From assembly GCA_963753345.1 (NCBI GenBank), contig CAVWBU010000015.1, positions 32,001 to 96,000 on the forward strand: a stretch of DNA of 64,000 nt, given 5' to 3'. Shown here one piece after another: positions 1 through 13,000 of this stretch; position 1 is the first letter of the stretch; every line of letters begins with the position of its first letter. Under the pieces are notes generated by a model. That model worked only from the letters and a program-made list of their open reading frames with translations, did no database searches and was not told the DNA's origin. Origin of the DNA: an uncultured Fibrobacterota bacterium (GTDB lineage Bacteria > Fibrobacterota > Chitinivibrionia > Chitinivibrionales > FEN-1185). Position numbers and translations under genes: made by a program.

Positions 1-3000
1 GGTGTCGCCGCCGTTGTGGCAATCTTCGGAAGCGGACTTACCGCGTACGGAGCGGAAGACTACACGCAGTGGACGCACGCGTGCAACATCACCCTCAACA
101 CCTCAGGCACGGGCGCGAACGTCGCCACGCAGCAGCTCGGATTCCCCGTGCTTGTCAGATTGACAAGCACAACTCCTGCATTCTCCTTTGGCCAGACCAT
201 GGCCGCCGGGCAGGACATCCGTTTTTCAAAGGCCGACGGCACGCACATTCCGTATCAGATCGAGCGTTTTGACCAGACCAACCAGCTTGCCGAGATCTGG
301 GTGAAAGTGGATGTGAACGGCAACGACCCTGCACAATTCATCACCATGTACTGGGGCAAGGCTGGTTCTGCGGACAGTTCGAACGGCTCTGCCGTGTTCA
401 ACAACGGATTCGCCGGGGTATGGCACCTGGGTGAGGCCGGAACAGGGACCCGAATTGACGCAACGGGAAACGGGTTTAATGCGATTCCCTTTAATTACAC
501 CGGCATAGAATCAACAGCGGGCAACATCGCAAAGGCCGACAGTCTCAGAGGAGGTCCCGGTCAAACCAACGGAGGCAACTATAATTACCCTTGCCCAGCC
601 ACCATGGGTCCTCCTCCAACAAATGATTACCTCAGAGTAGCATCCAATATTGCGGATTGGAGCGCTGGAATGACTTTTTCGGTTTGGGCAAATCCCAGCG
701 CGCTTGCAAGCCAAGCCCCTTTTATGGATTTCTCCACCGATACGACAGGACAATGTGAAAACTGGCAGGCAACAAACAATATTTTGTTCTATCAAACCAA
801 TGCGACGGGGGCCTTGGGAGTTCAAGTGTTCAGCGACACGTTGAATCAACAGACAATTGCGGCGGCAGGTACACCGGTTGTCGTCGGCGCGTGGCATCAG
901 TATGCATTTACAATAGGTAACGGTTCCGCCGTTACCATCTACAAAGATGGCGCTCAAATCGGAGCAGGCACTCTTATAAAAAACGTAGCAGGTCAAATCC
1001 CTGCTGCCGGTATCAAACCCGGCGTTGCCAGAACCTGGAACATGTTCGGTCGTTCCGCATGGAATGGTAATCCGGCCTATCAGGGATCTCTTGACGAAAT
1101 AGAGACTTCCACGTCTGTCCGTTCCGCCGACTGGATAAACCTTTCTTACCAATCGCAGATGCCCGGCGCTTCGTGGCAGACCTTCGCCGCAAAGGGTCTG
1201 GCCGCGCCCGTCGTCACCGTGCAGCCCGCGTCGCAGACAAAATCCGTTGGCCAACCGGAGACGCTTTCGGTGGTTGTCACGGGAAATCCCGCTCCCACGT
1301 ATCAATGGCGCAAGGGCGGAGCCGCCATAACCGGCGCAACGAACGCAAGCTATATCATTGCCGCGGTCGCGCTCACGGATGCCGGCACCTACGACGTTGT
1401 GGTCACCAACAGCCAGGGGACCGTGACGTCCACGGCCGCCACACTCACCGTCAATTCGGCCCTTGCGCCGCCGACCATTTCAACGCAACCTGCGTCGCAG
1501 ACAAAGTATGTGGGCCAGGCCGACACGTTTACCGTTGTCGCTGCCGGAAATCCCGCTCCCACGTATCAATGGCGCAAGGGCGGCGCTAACATAACCGGCG
1601 CCACGAACGCGAACTATATCATCGCCGCGGTCGCGCTCACCGATGCCGGCGCCTACGACGTTGTGGTAACGAACAGCCAGGGGACCGTGACGTCCACGGC
1701 CGCGACGCTCACCGTCAATTCGGCCCTTACGCCGCCAACCATTTCAACGCAACCTGCGTCGCAGACAAAGTTTGTCGGCCAGGCCAACACGTTTACCGTT
1801 GTCGCAGCCGGAAATCCCGCTCCCACGTATCAATGGCGCAAGGGCGGCGCCAACATAACCGGCGCCACGAACGCGAGCTATATCATCGCCGCGGTCGCGC
1901 TCACCGATGCCGGCGCCTACGACGTTGTGGTAACGAACAGCCAGGGGACCGTGACGTCCACGGCCGCGACGCTCACCGTCAATTCGGCCCTTGCGCCGCC
2001 GACTATTTCAACGCAACCTGCGTCGCAGACAAAGTTTGTCGGCCAGACCGACACGTTTACCGTTGTCGCATCCGGAAATCCCGCTCCCACCTATCAATGG
2101 CGCAAGGGTGGAGCCAACATAACCGGCGCAACGAACGCGAGCTATATCATCGCCGCGGTCGCGCTCACCGATGCCGGAACGTACGATGTTGTGGTAACGA
2201 ACAGCCAGGGGAGCGTAACGTCCACGGGCGCGACGCTGACGGTCAATCCCGCCCTTGCCGCGCCGACTATTACCACGCAGCCGGCGTCGCAGACAAAGTA
2301 TGTCGGCCAGACCGACACGTTTACCGTTGTCGCATCCGGAAATCCCGCTCCCACGTATCAATGGCGCAAGAATGGAGCCGCAATAACCGGCGCCACGAAC
2401 GCGAGCTATATCATCGCCGCGGTCGCACTCACCGATGCTGGCACCTATGACGTTGTCGTCACCAACTCGCAGGGGAGCGTGACCTCCACAGGCGCGGCGC
2501 TCACGGTCAATGCCGCCCTTACGCTGCCCGCCATCATCAAACAACCGCTGTCCCAGACAAAGTACGTTAACCAGGCCGACACTTTTTCCGTTGTCGCATC
2601 CGGGAACCCCGCTCCCACCTATCAATGGCGCAAGAACGGAGCCAACATTACCGGCGCCACAAACGCGAGCTATATCATCGCCGCTCTTGCCCTCACCGAT
2701 GCCGGCACCTTCGACGTTGTCGTCACCAACAGCCAGGGGAGTGTGACCTCTACGGGCGCAGTGCTCACGGTGCAGATGCCCATCAAGGCTTTTTTTACGG
2801 TGTCGGATTCCATTGCCAAGGCTCCTGTCGCCATCCAGTTCGATGCCAGCCAGTCCACCGGCAATTATACCAAAATGATATGGTATTTCGGGGACGGTGC
2901 GGTTGATTCCACCAATATCAAGAATCCGCTGCACCAGTACAACACGGCGGGACTGGATAGTGTGGAACTCGTTCTCATGAACGGCGCGGTGCGTCAGGAC

Positions 3001-6000
3001 AGCTTCACCATCGTGTTAAAGATCTACAACGACAATCCGATTGCAATTCAGGGAAGGTATGTGCCTTCGGGGAAAGCGGAAATCACTTTTTCCAATTACG
3101 GCAGCCAGGTAATTTCCACCGGCGTTATTCCTCCGTACGCCGACAGTATGAAACTCTGGTACGAGTCGGGCGTGGTCCCGACGTCGGCGACGGGCGCCAC
3201 GCAGTGTGCCGAAATAGGAATTGCCGCCATGCAGGCGGCGCCGGCGCCTTTCAAGGACACCGTGTCGGTCACGCTTGCGGGAACAGACGTGGTGGCGGGG
3301 TTCATGACGCAGGTGCATTGGAACAACGGAACGACGTGGCTCTGGAGCCAGTTCAACGCGGGCAACGGCACGCTCGTGCAGATGACCGATACGCTCACAC
3401 CGGTGAACATCGCCTCAATTGCCGGGAATTGGCTGCCGGGGACCAACTCGGTGGTTTTTACCGTGTCCGGCATGAGCAAGATTGACACGGCGAGCATTGA
3501 TTCCTTCGGCATATGGTACGGCACAAGCGCCTCCGATACGGTGCCGAATTTCGGCAATGCGGCGAACACCCAATGGTTCAAGCTGAGCGCACTGTATGCG
3601 AATATCATTGCCAGCGGCGGCAACGACACCATCAGCGTTGCAAATACTCAGTTCAATACCGGCATGCAGAAGAAGCTTCTCTGCGCGGTTGTGCTCAAAG
3701 GCAAGAACCACAAGTCAAGCCCTGCGAATACCGCCTATTTCTTTGCGGGTCAGAACCGCCCTGCAAATCCGATTGTTCTTGCGGCACGGGCAGTGTCTCC
3801 GAGCCAGATACTTCTCTCGTGGAAGCGGGTGAGCGGCGCGAGCGCGAGCAGCATTCGTTTCTGGTACGGCACCACCGGAAAGGTGCCGGTGAACCAGGCT
3901 GATTTCACGTTGCCCCCCTACGATTCCATAAGCGCGGCTTCGGTGGTGGACACCCAGCTTCTTGTGAGCGGACTGCAGTATCAGACTCACTATTACTTCG
4001 GCGGCCAGGTGTTTTTGAACGGGCAATGGTCCTATGTGACCGACTCGGCCAATGCCGACGCCGTCACCCCCGCGGGGATCGGCAAGCTTGCCGTGAACTC
4101 CGTCAAGATCACGAGCCTTACGTTTGACACCGCGACCAACGCGATCCGCGTAAAATGGAACGTTGACAACACGCTTCCCGACACGCTGGAAATATGGATT
4201 TCGTATTCCCTGAGCGGCTATCCCACGGTGGACACGAGCGCCCACCAGACGATTTTGGTGACGGCTCCCACGGGCGACACGGTCGTCAAGCTCCGCGAGC
4301 CGCTCGTGTTCAGCCCGAGCGCTGCCGACACCACGTTTTACTACGTTGCGCTGTGGGAAAGCAGGTTCAACGGGTTGCTCACCGATCCGACCGACAGCTC
4401 GGAGATGAGAGTGGCGAGCCCGACGTACAACTGGCAGCAGGTCACCTATTTCACCAAATCGCCGGGCGACACGAACTCGGTGTTCGACGGCAACATTCTC
4501 ATCGTCACCGGCGGGGTCGCGCAAGCCGACGTTGCGCCCACGACCGGCATCATCCGCTACGCCAGCGGGCTCACCCCGGCCGCTTTTCCCGGCTTTGTGC
4601 AGATGAGCGTGCCGTTTTACTTCTCGAAATACCAGTCGTCGGCGCCGTTCACCATCGATCTCAAGCTGTTCGCGTTTCCCGCGAACCTCACGGCGTCATC
4701 GGTTCGCGTTTATCAACTTAAGAACGGGCTGTGGTACGTGGACCGCTCGTCGGGCGCCAATGGCGCCTATGCCTCGACGAGAACGAAACCTTCCGATACG
4801 CTCTCGTACCCGTACATTGCGCTCATCGACACCGTGGCGCCCACGGTCACGCGGGGGTTCCATGCCGATACGCTGCCGCCGGCGACCGATGTGTTCGACA
4901 CGCTTTACATCAGCGACAACTGCGCCAACGTGACGTATGCGTATTCGTTCACGAGGGGCGGGGATGCGTTTTCCAATGGGGACGCGGACAGCGGCACGCT
5001 TGCCGCCCTGCAGGATACGATTCCCGTGGTGATTCCCAGCCCGTACGTTACAAAGGAGAACGGTCTGCGCGCGATGGTGGTAGTGAGCGACGGCGTCAAT
5101 ACCGTCACGCAGAACGTTTCGCGGCAGGTGCTGCGGCCGGACAGTTCCGATTTTATCTGGACGTTGCAGAATGGGTGGACGCCGGTGCGCGTGACGGCGT
5201 GGCTCAAGGACAGCGCGCTTGCGCCGGCGTTCGGGGCGGGGTGGAAGTACGATAAACAACAGATGCGGCTGTTTCGGTGGATTCCCGGCCAGACAAATCC
5301 TTCGAGCACGTTGAACTGGGTGGAGTACTCGGATGCCACGGCAAACGATTTCGCCATGAGCCCGGGCACGCTGGTGTGGGAGAAGGGCCGGACGAGCGTG
5401 CCGGTGAATTTCGGCGCCGGGGTGACGCCGACGCTCCGCGTCGTCGTATGCGATTCAGCTTCCTGCAAACAACTGGACCGACTTTGCCCTTCCGTTCAGA
5501 TTTGACGTCACGATAGGCGACATTATCGATTCCAGCGGCGTGCCGGCCGCGGATTCGCTGCAGTTCTATTCGTTTGTTTCGAACGCGACCAGTCACATAT
5601 TGACGACCAGCCCAATTTATTTGGAAGCGTACGCGGGCACGGGGGCGGCGATTGCCGACAAGGGACAGGCGATCAGCTCCCAGGACCTCACGTGCTACAG
5701 CGTTTACAACCCGCTGTCCGTTCCGGTGACGCTCCGTATTCCGCCCACCCCAAGCACCATGTCCGCCTACCTGCCCAAACGGACCGCGGGCAGCGGGTGG
5801 GCTGTTTCCGTAACGTCAAGTCTGTCCGATGGCTCGCCATTGTGCCCTGTTTTCTGCGGGTACAGCGAGGCCAAGGGCGCCGCGACAAGCTATTTCCCGG
5901 TGCCGCCGACGTTCGAGAAGGCATATGTAGGCGTGCTCGACGCTGCGAAGAACAAGGTGCACGGCCACGCGCTTGCGCATGGGTCAGCGGGCGGGGGCTG

Positions 6001-6550
6001 CATGTTCACGCTTGCGTTTGTCAACGAGGGGGATCAGGCGGCCGCCATTTCGTACAGTCTTGGGAACCAGGGCCCGCTTCCCAAGGGTCTTGTGGCCCGG
6101 GCATTCAACGAGAAGACCGGTGCGGTTGAGAATTTCTCCTCGGGCGCGGCAACGGTGACCGTGCCCGCGGGCGGCACGGAGCTCCGGGTTCTGGCCGTGG
6201 GCACGCCTGCGTTTCTTGCCAAGACCGCGCTGGTGCTGAGGAGCGCGACGCTGGCGTTTGTGGGAATTTCTCCGAACCCGGCATCCTCGCTGGTGCGGAT
6301 CAGATACACGGTTCCCGGCGCTGGGGTGAGCAGCGTGAAGTTTGCGATATACGACCTTCGTGGCAGAATGGTGTGGCAGCAGACGGTGGACGAACGCGGC
6401 CGCATGGGGGCGCGCGAGATCGACTGGGACGGCCGTTCGTTCGACCGGCGCCGGGTTGCGGCGGGCATGTACGTGGTGCGGATGACCGCGCTTGACGAAA
6501 GCAACAGGGTCGGCGGGATCTTTGAGAAGAGGATGACGTATTTGCCGTGA
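1..6550 (+). CDS. Giant secreted/surface protein, 5'-truncated: DUF2341 + LamG/ConA-like + 6 Ig repeats + PKD + FN3-like + FlgD-Ig/T9SS-like C-terminal domain; one frameshift near 5436
   Basis: Frame is open from base 1. DUF2341-like 'GQDIRFSKADGTHIPYQIE...AEIWVKV', LamG-like 'WHQYAFT...IYKDG...GSLDE', Ig 'GNPAPTYQWRK'. After ~5436 the shifted frame reads 'SSYAIQLPANNWTDFALPFRFD', matching the paralogue's 'SSFMVTLPSKQWVDLALPFNFD', and runs into ORF 5540-6550 ('SPNP...IYDLRGRMV...WDG...AAGMYVVRM'). Confidence 0.85.
1207..2780 (+). repeat. Six near-identical 264-bp tandem Ig-domain repeats
   Basis: TATCAATGGCGCAAG recurs at 1300, 1564, 1828, 2092, 2356 and 2620 (264-nt period). Confidence 0.95.
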
Positions 6551-6634
6551 AGAAGTTGAGAGGTTGAGAAGTTGAGGAGTTGAGAGGTTGAGAAGTTGAG
6601 GAGTTGAGAGGTTGAGAAGTTGAGAAGTTGAAAA
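6551..6634 (+). repeat. (GTTGAGRR)n 8-mer tandem array, about 10 units, with a 24-nt higher-order period
   Basis: GTTGAGAG-GTTGAGAA-GTTGAGGA repeated, starting right after the stop codon; followed by (TTTGTCAC)x3 at ~6644-6671. Confidence 0.95.
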
Positions 6635-6891
6635 CAAAGAATTACTTTGTCACTCTGTCACTTTGTCACTTTTGCGCAACAGGATGACCAGGCCGGTCCG
6701 GCAGATGCCGTGATCGGCCTTTGTCATTTCTAAAGGGGAGCAACAAGTGCCCCAAGATGTCCGCGAGCCATGGCATAGTAGATGTTTGAACATTCCTGTT
6801 CAGGGTGATCTTTTATCCCTGAAAAAACGACTATTATGATTGGGCCAGGATGGGTAATTGGGTTGGAGATGGCAATTTATACGATTAAGCG

Positions 6892-6920
6892 TTGATTGTT
6901 AAATATTTTGGTGATATAAT
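6892..6920 (+). promoter_or_regulatory. Putative sigma70 promoter
   Basis: TTGATT-N17-TATAAT with an extended TGn, upstream of a GGAGGA RBS (7031) and ATG 7043. Confidence 0.55.
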
Positions 6921-7042
6921 ATGGATGATATTGAACTATGTCACAACTCAGACTAGTGACTGAGTAGGCCGAATCATGTGGTGTGACGATTTATCGAGGG
7001 CTGCAAGAAAGCCTTGACGGTGAAACATCGGGAGGACGAGCG

Positions 7043-10000
7043 ATGAAGAAGCTGTCGAAACTTCACAAATGCGCAATAGCTGTTATCGTGTTGGGGGGGT
7101 GTTGCAGCAGCATTTTTGCTCAACCCGCCGACAATTATGCCAATTGGAATCACTACACAAATGTGATATTGAACACGCAGGCGACCGGCGCGAACATTGC
7201 CACCGCTCAGGCTGGTTTCCCCGTGCTCGTGCGCTTGACAAGCACAACACCAACGTTCTCGTTTGGCCAGGCGCAATCCGGTGGACAAGATATCCGCTTT
7301 GCAAAATCCGATGGCACGCATATTCCGTATCAGATAGAGCGATGGAACAGCGTAAACCAGATTGCGGAAATATGGGTAAAATTTGACGTGAACGGCAACG
7401 ATAATACGCAATATTTTGTCATGTACTGGGGAAATGCAGCCGCATCCGATAGCTCCAACGGAGCAAATGTGTTTTCAAGTTCAAACGGGTTTTTGGGCGT
7501 GTGGCATCTTAAGGAACAGGGGAATTCCAACGTGGGCGGCTATGCAGACGCAACCGGAACGCACGTTGCCACCGGCAACAACATGGTTGCCGGCGACCAG
7601 GTTGCCGCGGCAATTGACAGCGGGCAGAATTTTGGGAATGGAACTTTAGGGAAAACTATTTCGCTCTTCCAGTCCGGAAGCGGGAGCGGATGTACTGTGG
7701 GCATTACAGCACTGCAAACGAACGGTGCAATAAATACTATCAATCCGACACCGGTGACTGGCGGCACAGGGTATGCGGTGGGCGATCAACTGCTTGTGGC
7801 TGGCGGGTCCGGCGGATATGTCCACGTCACCGCCATAGGAGCGGGAGGCGCCGCCACAACCATTGCGCTCACGGAATGCGCTCCTCAAGGAGGCACGGGA
7901 GCGGGCGACACCCTGAACATAACGGCTACGGGAGGCGTTATCACCGGGGTAACGGTTCGCCACGATTACGGTTATTACCATGTCAACGATGTCTTGACAG
8001 TGGGACAAGCTGGGAGCGGAAACAATGCACAGGTGACGGTAACTGCGACATACACAAACGCGGGTACTATCAATGCCCTCGCCATAACGAACGGAGGAAC
8101 TGGGTACACCACCGGTATCGCAACTACGACGAATGCAAGTGCATATACGGTAGGAACAGCGGCAACCAAGGATATCGGGCCGGGTGCAGCACTTGCCGCC
8201 GCATCAAATTTCTCATTTTCCACATGGGTTTTGTCGACCGGAAGCACAAACTCTGATTGCATCTTCAACATGGCGACCGCCACCAACGGCCATTACATCC
8301 TGCTTGACCGTCAGGACGCGAACAACCTGAATGTCTCGACATCCGGTCCCAACGGCCACAATTGCTACACCATCGACAATTCGTATCCAGCCTCGCCGGG
8401 AACATGGTCGCATGTCGGTTTTACGGTGACAGCTGCGGGCGTCATCGCGATTTATGTGAACGGGTTTCCCAGCACGGTAACAACAACAGCAAATGCAATT
8501 GGGTCGGGATCCTATTACCTGAACCGTCTTGGTGCCACTTACTACAACGGTGATGCACAATTTTTTCAAGGCCAACTCAACGAAGCCGAGGCCTCCAACG
8601 TCGCTCGTTCAGCCGATTGGATGAACCTTTGTTATCAAAGCCAGAAACCCGGAAGCAACTGGATTTCTTATTACGCACCCGTCACCTCGGCGCCTGGAAT
8701 CACTTCCATTCTGCCCGCGAGCCAGACGGTAAATTCCGGGCAGGGAGTGACAATAAGTGTTGTTGCAACCGGAGGAGGCCTCGGCTATCAGTGGCAGCAA
8801 AGTAATGATGGTGTAAGCAATTGGACAAATATTTCGGCAGCCACCGCCGGCACCTACAACTTTACGGCCGGTGCCGCAGGCACCACGTACTATCGCGACA
8901 GTGTGTACAATACCATGGGCAGCGTTACCTCCAGTGCCGTTTCAGTTACTGTGATTTGTCCTTCTCCCATCACCACGCAACCAAGTCCCTGGAGCGATAC
9001 GGCCGGCCAGAACGCCACATTCAGCGTGGGGACCTCCGGCTCCGGTCTCACCTACCAATGGCAACGCCTGAATGCCGGCGGCACCACGTGGGGAAACGTC
9101 ACCACGGGCATCGGCGGTAATACCGCAACATATTGCTTGACAACCGCTACCGCTGATAATGGGGCGCAGTTCCGCTGCCAGGTGACTGCGGCCCTGCGTT
9201 ACCTACACAAATGCGGCATTGCTTACCGTTTGCACGCCGCCGGGAACCTTGCAGCAGCAGCCAGTTTCCTGGGCTGGTATAGCCGGTTCAACGGCGTCAT
9301 TCTCGATTGTCATTGCCGCGGGCGTCACATCTCCTGCTTATCAATGGCAGCGCAGCAACGACACCGGAAAGACCTGGGCAGCGGTGCCGACAGGTAACGG
9401 CTCCGGTGCAACCGCGACATACACTTTCATAGCGCAGGCTACCGATAATGCCGCCGAATTTCGTTGCGTGATAACCGGTGCGTGCGGAACCACGACCTCC
9501 ATCGCCGTAACCGCATCCGTCTGTTCTCCTCCGTCAATCACTACACAGCCCGCAAACCAGAACGTAACCGACGGCGCAACGGCCACATTCACCGTTGTGC
9601 CGGGAAGCGGAACCTACACTTACCAATGGCAATCCAGCGTTGACACCGGCAAGGGCTGGAGCAATGTGGCAACGGGCGGCAATGCGGCAACACTTACCTT
9701 TGCTGCCAGCGTAGCGTGGAACAGTTATGAGTACCGGTGCTTGCTTCAAAACGGCTGCGGGAGCCCGGCGGTAACCGATACCTCCGCGGTTGCGACGCTT
9801 TTGGTGTGCGCGCCCGCAAAGGTGTTTTCCCAACCCGGTAACGCAAGTGTCAATGTCGGCGCGACAGCCACTTTTTCGGTTTCTGGGTCTGGTTCCGCGC
9901 CGCTGAGCTATCAGTGGCTGCGCGGCAACGGCGCGGCCTGGCTACCGGTCACCACGGGCACGGGCGGCACCACCAACACGTATCAACTGGTCACCGCGGG

Positions 10001-13000
10001 GACCGACAACGGCGCCCAGTTCCGCGTCGTGGTGACTAACGGCTGCGGGAAGGACAGTTCCGGCGCCGTTACCCTCACCGTATGCACGCCGCCGGTCATC
10101 ACCGCGCAGCCGGCCGACGTGAATTCAAATCCCGGTGTTGCGGACACGTTCACCGCGGGAGCGACCGGCACGAGCATCGCGTATCAGTGGCAGCGGAGCG
10201 ACAGTCTGGGGCAGGTGTGGAATCAGATACCAAACGCGACCGCGGCGGTCTATGTGATAACGCCTGCAATTACCGACAACGGCGCGGAGTTCAGATGTTC
10301 CATTGCGAGCCAATGCGGCGACACCATGACCCGGGTGGCCAAGCTGACGGTATGCGTGCCTGTCAAGGTGACACAGCAGAACATCGGCCCCGACAGCGTG
10401 CTGGTGGGCCAGGCCGTCAGGTTTGCCATGTCGGCGCAGGGTACGAATGTCGCGTTTCAGTGGCAGAGGAGCGGCGACGGCACGACCTTCACGAACATAC
10501 CCGGCGACACGGCGGACACGATTTCGTTTTTCGCGGCGATTGCGGACAGCGGGACGACCTTCCGGTGCATGGTGACGGGGAAGTGCGGGGCAGCGGTGAC
10601 GGGGAACCCGGGCCTTGTAAGGGTGTTTACGCCCGTGCATGCGCTGTTCGGCGTGTCGCCCGCCGCGGGCATTGTGCCGCTCACGGCTTCATTCACGGAT
10701 TCATCCACCGGGAGCTTTACAAAGCGGGTGTGGGACTTCGGCGACGGCTCGGAGGACTCGGTCATCACGGCGAACAAGAGCCTGTCGCACAACTTTACCG
10801 TTGCGAAGAACTACACCGTGAGGCTCGTGGTGTCGGGGCCCGGCGGCTCGGACACGGCGTGGAAGTCGGTCTTTGTCTACGTGCCGGGCGCGGACCCGAT
10901 CCAGATGTCCGGATCGTATGTTTCATCCCAGAAGGTTTCGGCGGTGTTTTCAAACTTCGATACCATCATCACGCCGTCGCCCCAGGTGATGGTGGATTCG
11001 GTGGGAGTGTGGTACAGGACGGGCGCGTATCCGCAGACGCCGGCGTCGCCCTCGACCTATCTCCGGAGCTACAGCGTTGCCGCGCTCAGGTCCAGGGGAA
11101 CGTCGACCTACACCGACACGCTCGCGGTGCCGGCGCTTGCGGCGACGGACTCGCTGTACGGGTTCATGAACGGGATTTTCTGGTCGGACGGCAAAATAAG
11201 CGCGTTCGATTCGGGGAACGGCACGCTGGTGCTGATGAGGGACACGTTCCCCATTATCAACAACCTCCAGCTCTCGGGGCGGTACGCGCCCGACGACACG
11301 GCGCTGGTGTTTCTCGGCAATGCGAACAAGACCGACACGTCGCGGGTGGACTCGGTGCTGTTGTGGTACAGCCTGACGGGCGACACGAACCCCAACTTTA
11401 AGGACACGAACTTTACGCTGCGTCTGACCGCGAAAGCGGTTGCCCGCGCCGGGGCGGGCGACACGATTCCGATTGTCAACGCGCTGTTCAACAATGAGCA
11501 GCGGACGATAGCGGTTGCGGTGGTGCTGGTGGGCCACAACACGAAGCAAAGCGACGTGAAGAAATATAAGTTTGTGGTCGGCAAGTTGCGTCCGATCAAC
11601 CCGATTCATCTGCGGGCGCAGGCGGTATCGTCGAACAGCATCAGGCTCACGTGGAAGAGCGTGGCGGGGAGCGGGGTGGAGCGGATCATGGTCTGGTACC
11701 GGGCCGGATCGCCGATACCGCTGCAGTACGATTTCACTTCGCTCAAGCTTGATTCGCTGAGCCCGTCCGTTGCGGACACGACCATTACGAGTTCGAAGTT
11801 CAACCCGCAGACGCGGTACTATTTCGGCGCGCAGGTGTACGCGAACGGGCTGTGGTCCTACGTGACGGACAGTTCCAGCGCATCCGATTCGACGTGGGCA
11901 ACGGGCGCGCCTCTGTCCAAAAACAACACGGCGATCACGTCGCTGGTGTTCGACCCGTCGGTGAACCAGATTCGGGTGTGCTGGAAGCTCGATTCCGCGG
12001 TGCTTGCCAACGGCGACAGCCTGCCGCAGCTTGCGATCGTATATTCCACGGATTCTTTTGCGACGTCGGTCGGCGCCAGCCCGCAGGTTGTGGACACCGG
12101 CGCAACGAGCTGCGCATACGTAAAGCTGCGCGAAGACCTGGTGTTCAACGCGACCTATTACGTGTCGCTGTGGCTGCGGGCGTCCAACAGCGCGTGGACC
12201 GCGCCGAGCACGCCGCAGGGCAGGCAAAGCGTTGTGGTGCCGATGTACAAATGGCAGAGCGTGCTCCTGTTTTCCAAGGATTACGACACCGTGTACGCGT
12301 TCAACCGTCAATTGCGGTTTACGAACCAGCCCGGCGATGTGAGCCGCGTGCCCGACACGGTGGTGGTGGATTCGATACATCCCTACGGCTTTACCCCGGT
12401 GAGCATCGCGTTCGAGTTCACGGTGAAGGCCGCGGGATGGCCGTTTAACGTTGGTATGAAGCTGGCGCCGATCCCGGCCGGCTATACGGCGAATGACGTG
12501 CGGATATTCCGTCTTATGCCGAACGGCGAGTGGATGGAGGACACGCTGCCCGTGTACGTGGATTCCGCGGGCGGCTATGTGTACGAGCTTACCAACCAGC
12601 TTGCCATGCCGTTTGTGGCCGGGATTGACATGAGGCGACCGTCGGCGCGGATCCTTACGAACCTGACCGATCCGGTGCCGGCGGGCGTTGCGATCATCGA
12701 CACCTTCCTGCTGAGCGACAACATTGCCAATCTCAGGTGGCGCTTCATGTCCACCAAGGGCGGGGAAGCCTTCGCGACAGGAGACACGACCCAGTCGGGC
12801 ATCCTGTCCGACACGAGCGCGCGGGTCGCAGTGACCACGCCGGGCACACTGGTGAGCCGGGACAACGGGGTCCGGGGAATGATCATCGTGACCGACGGAA
12901 CATACAGGGACACGGTGACCATATCGCGGAGGGTGGTGCGGGACACCTCCGACCTTGTGTGGACCGAAAACGGGAAGTGGGTGCCGATGAGCGTGACGGT

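Noticed and set aside
6551-6634. CRISPR array
   Set aside because: Contiguous 8-mers without spacers, and no cas genes.
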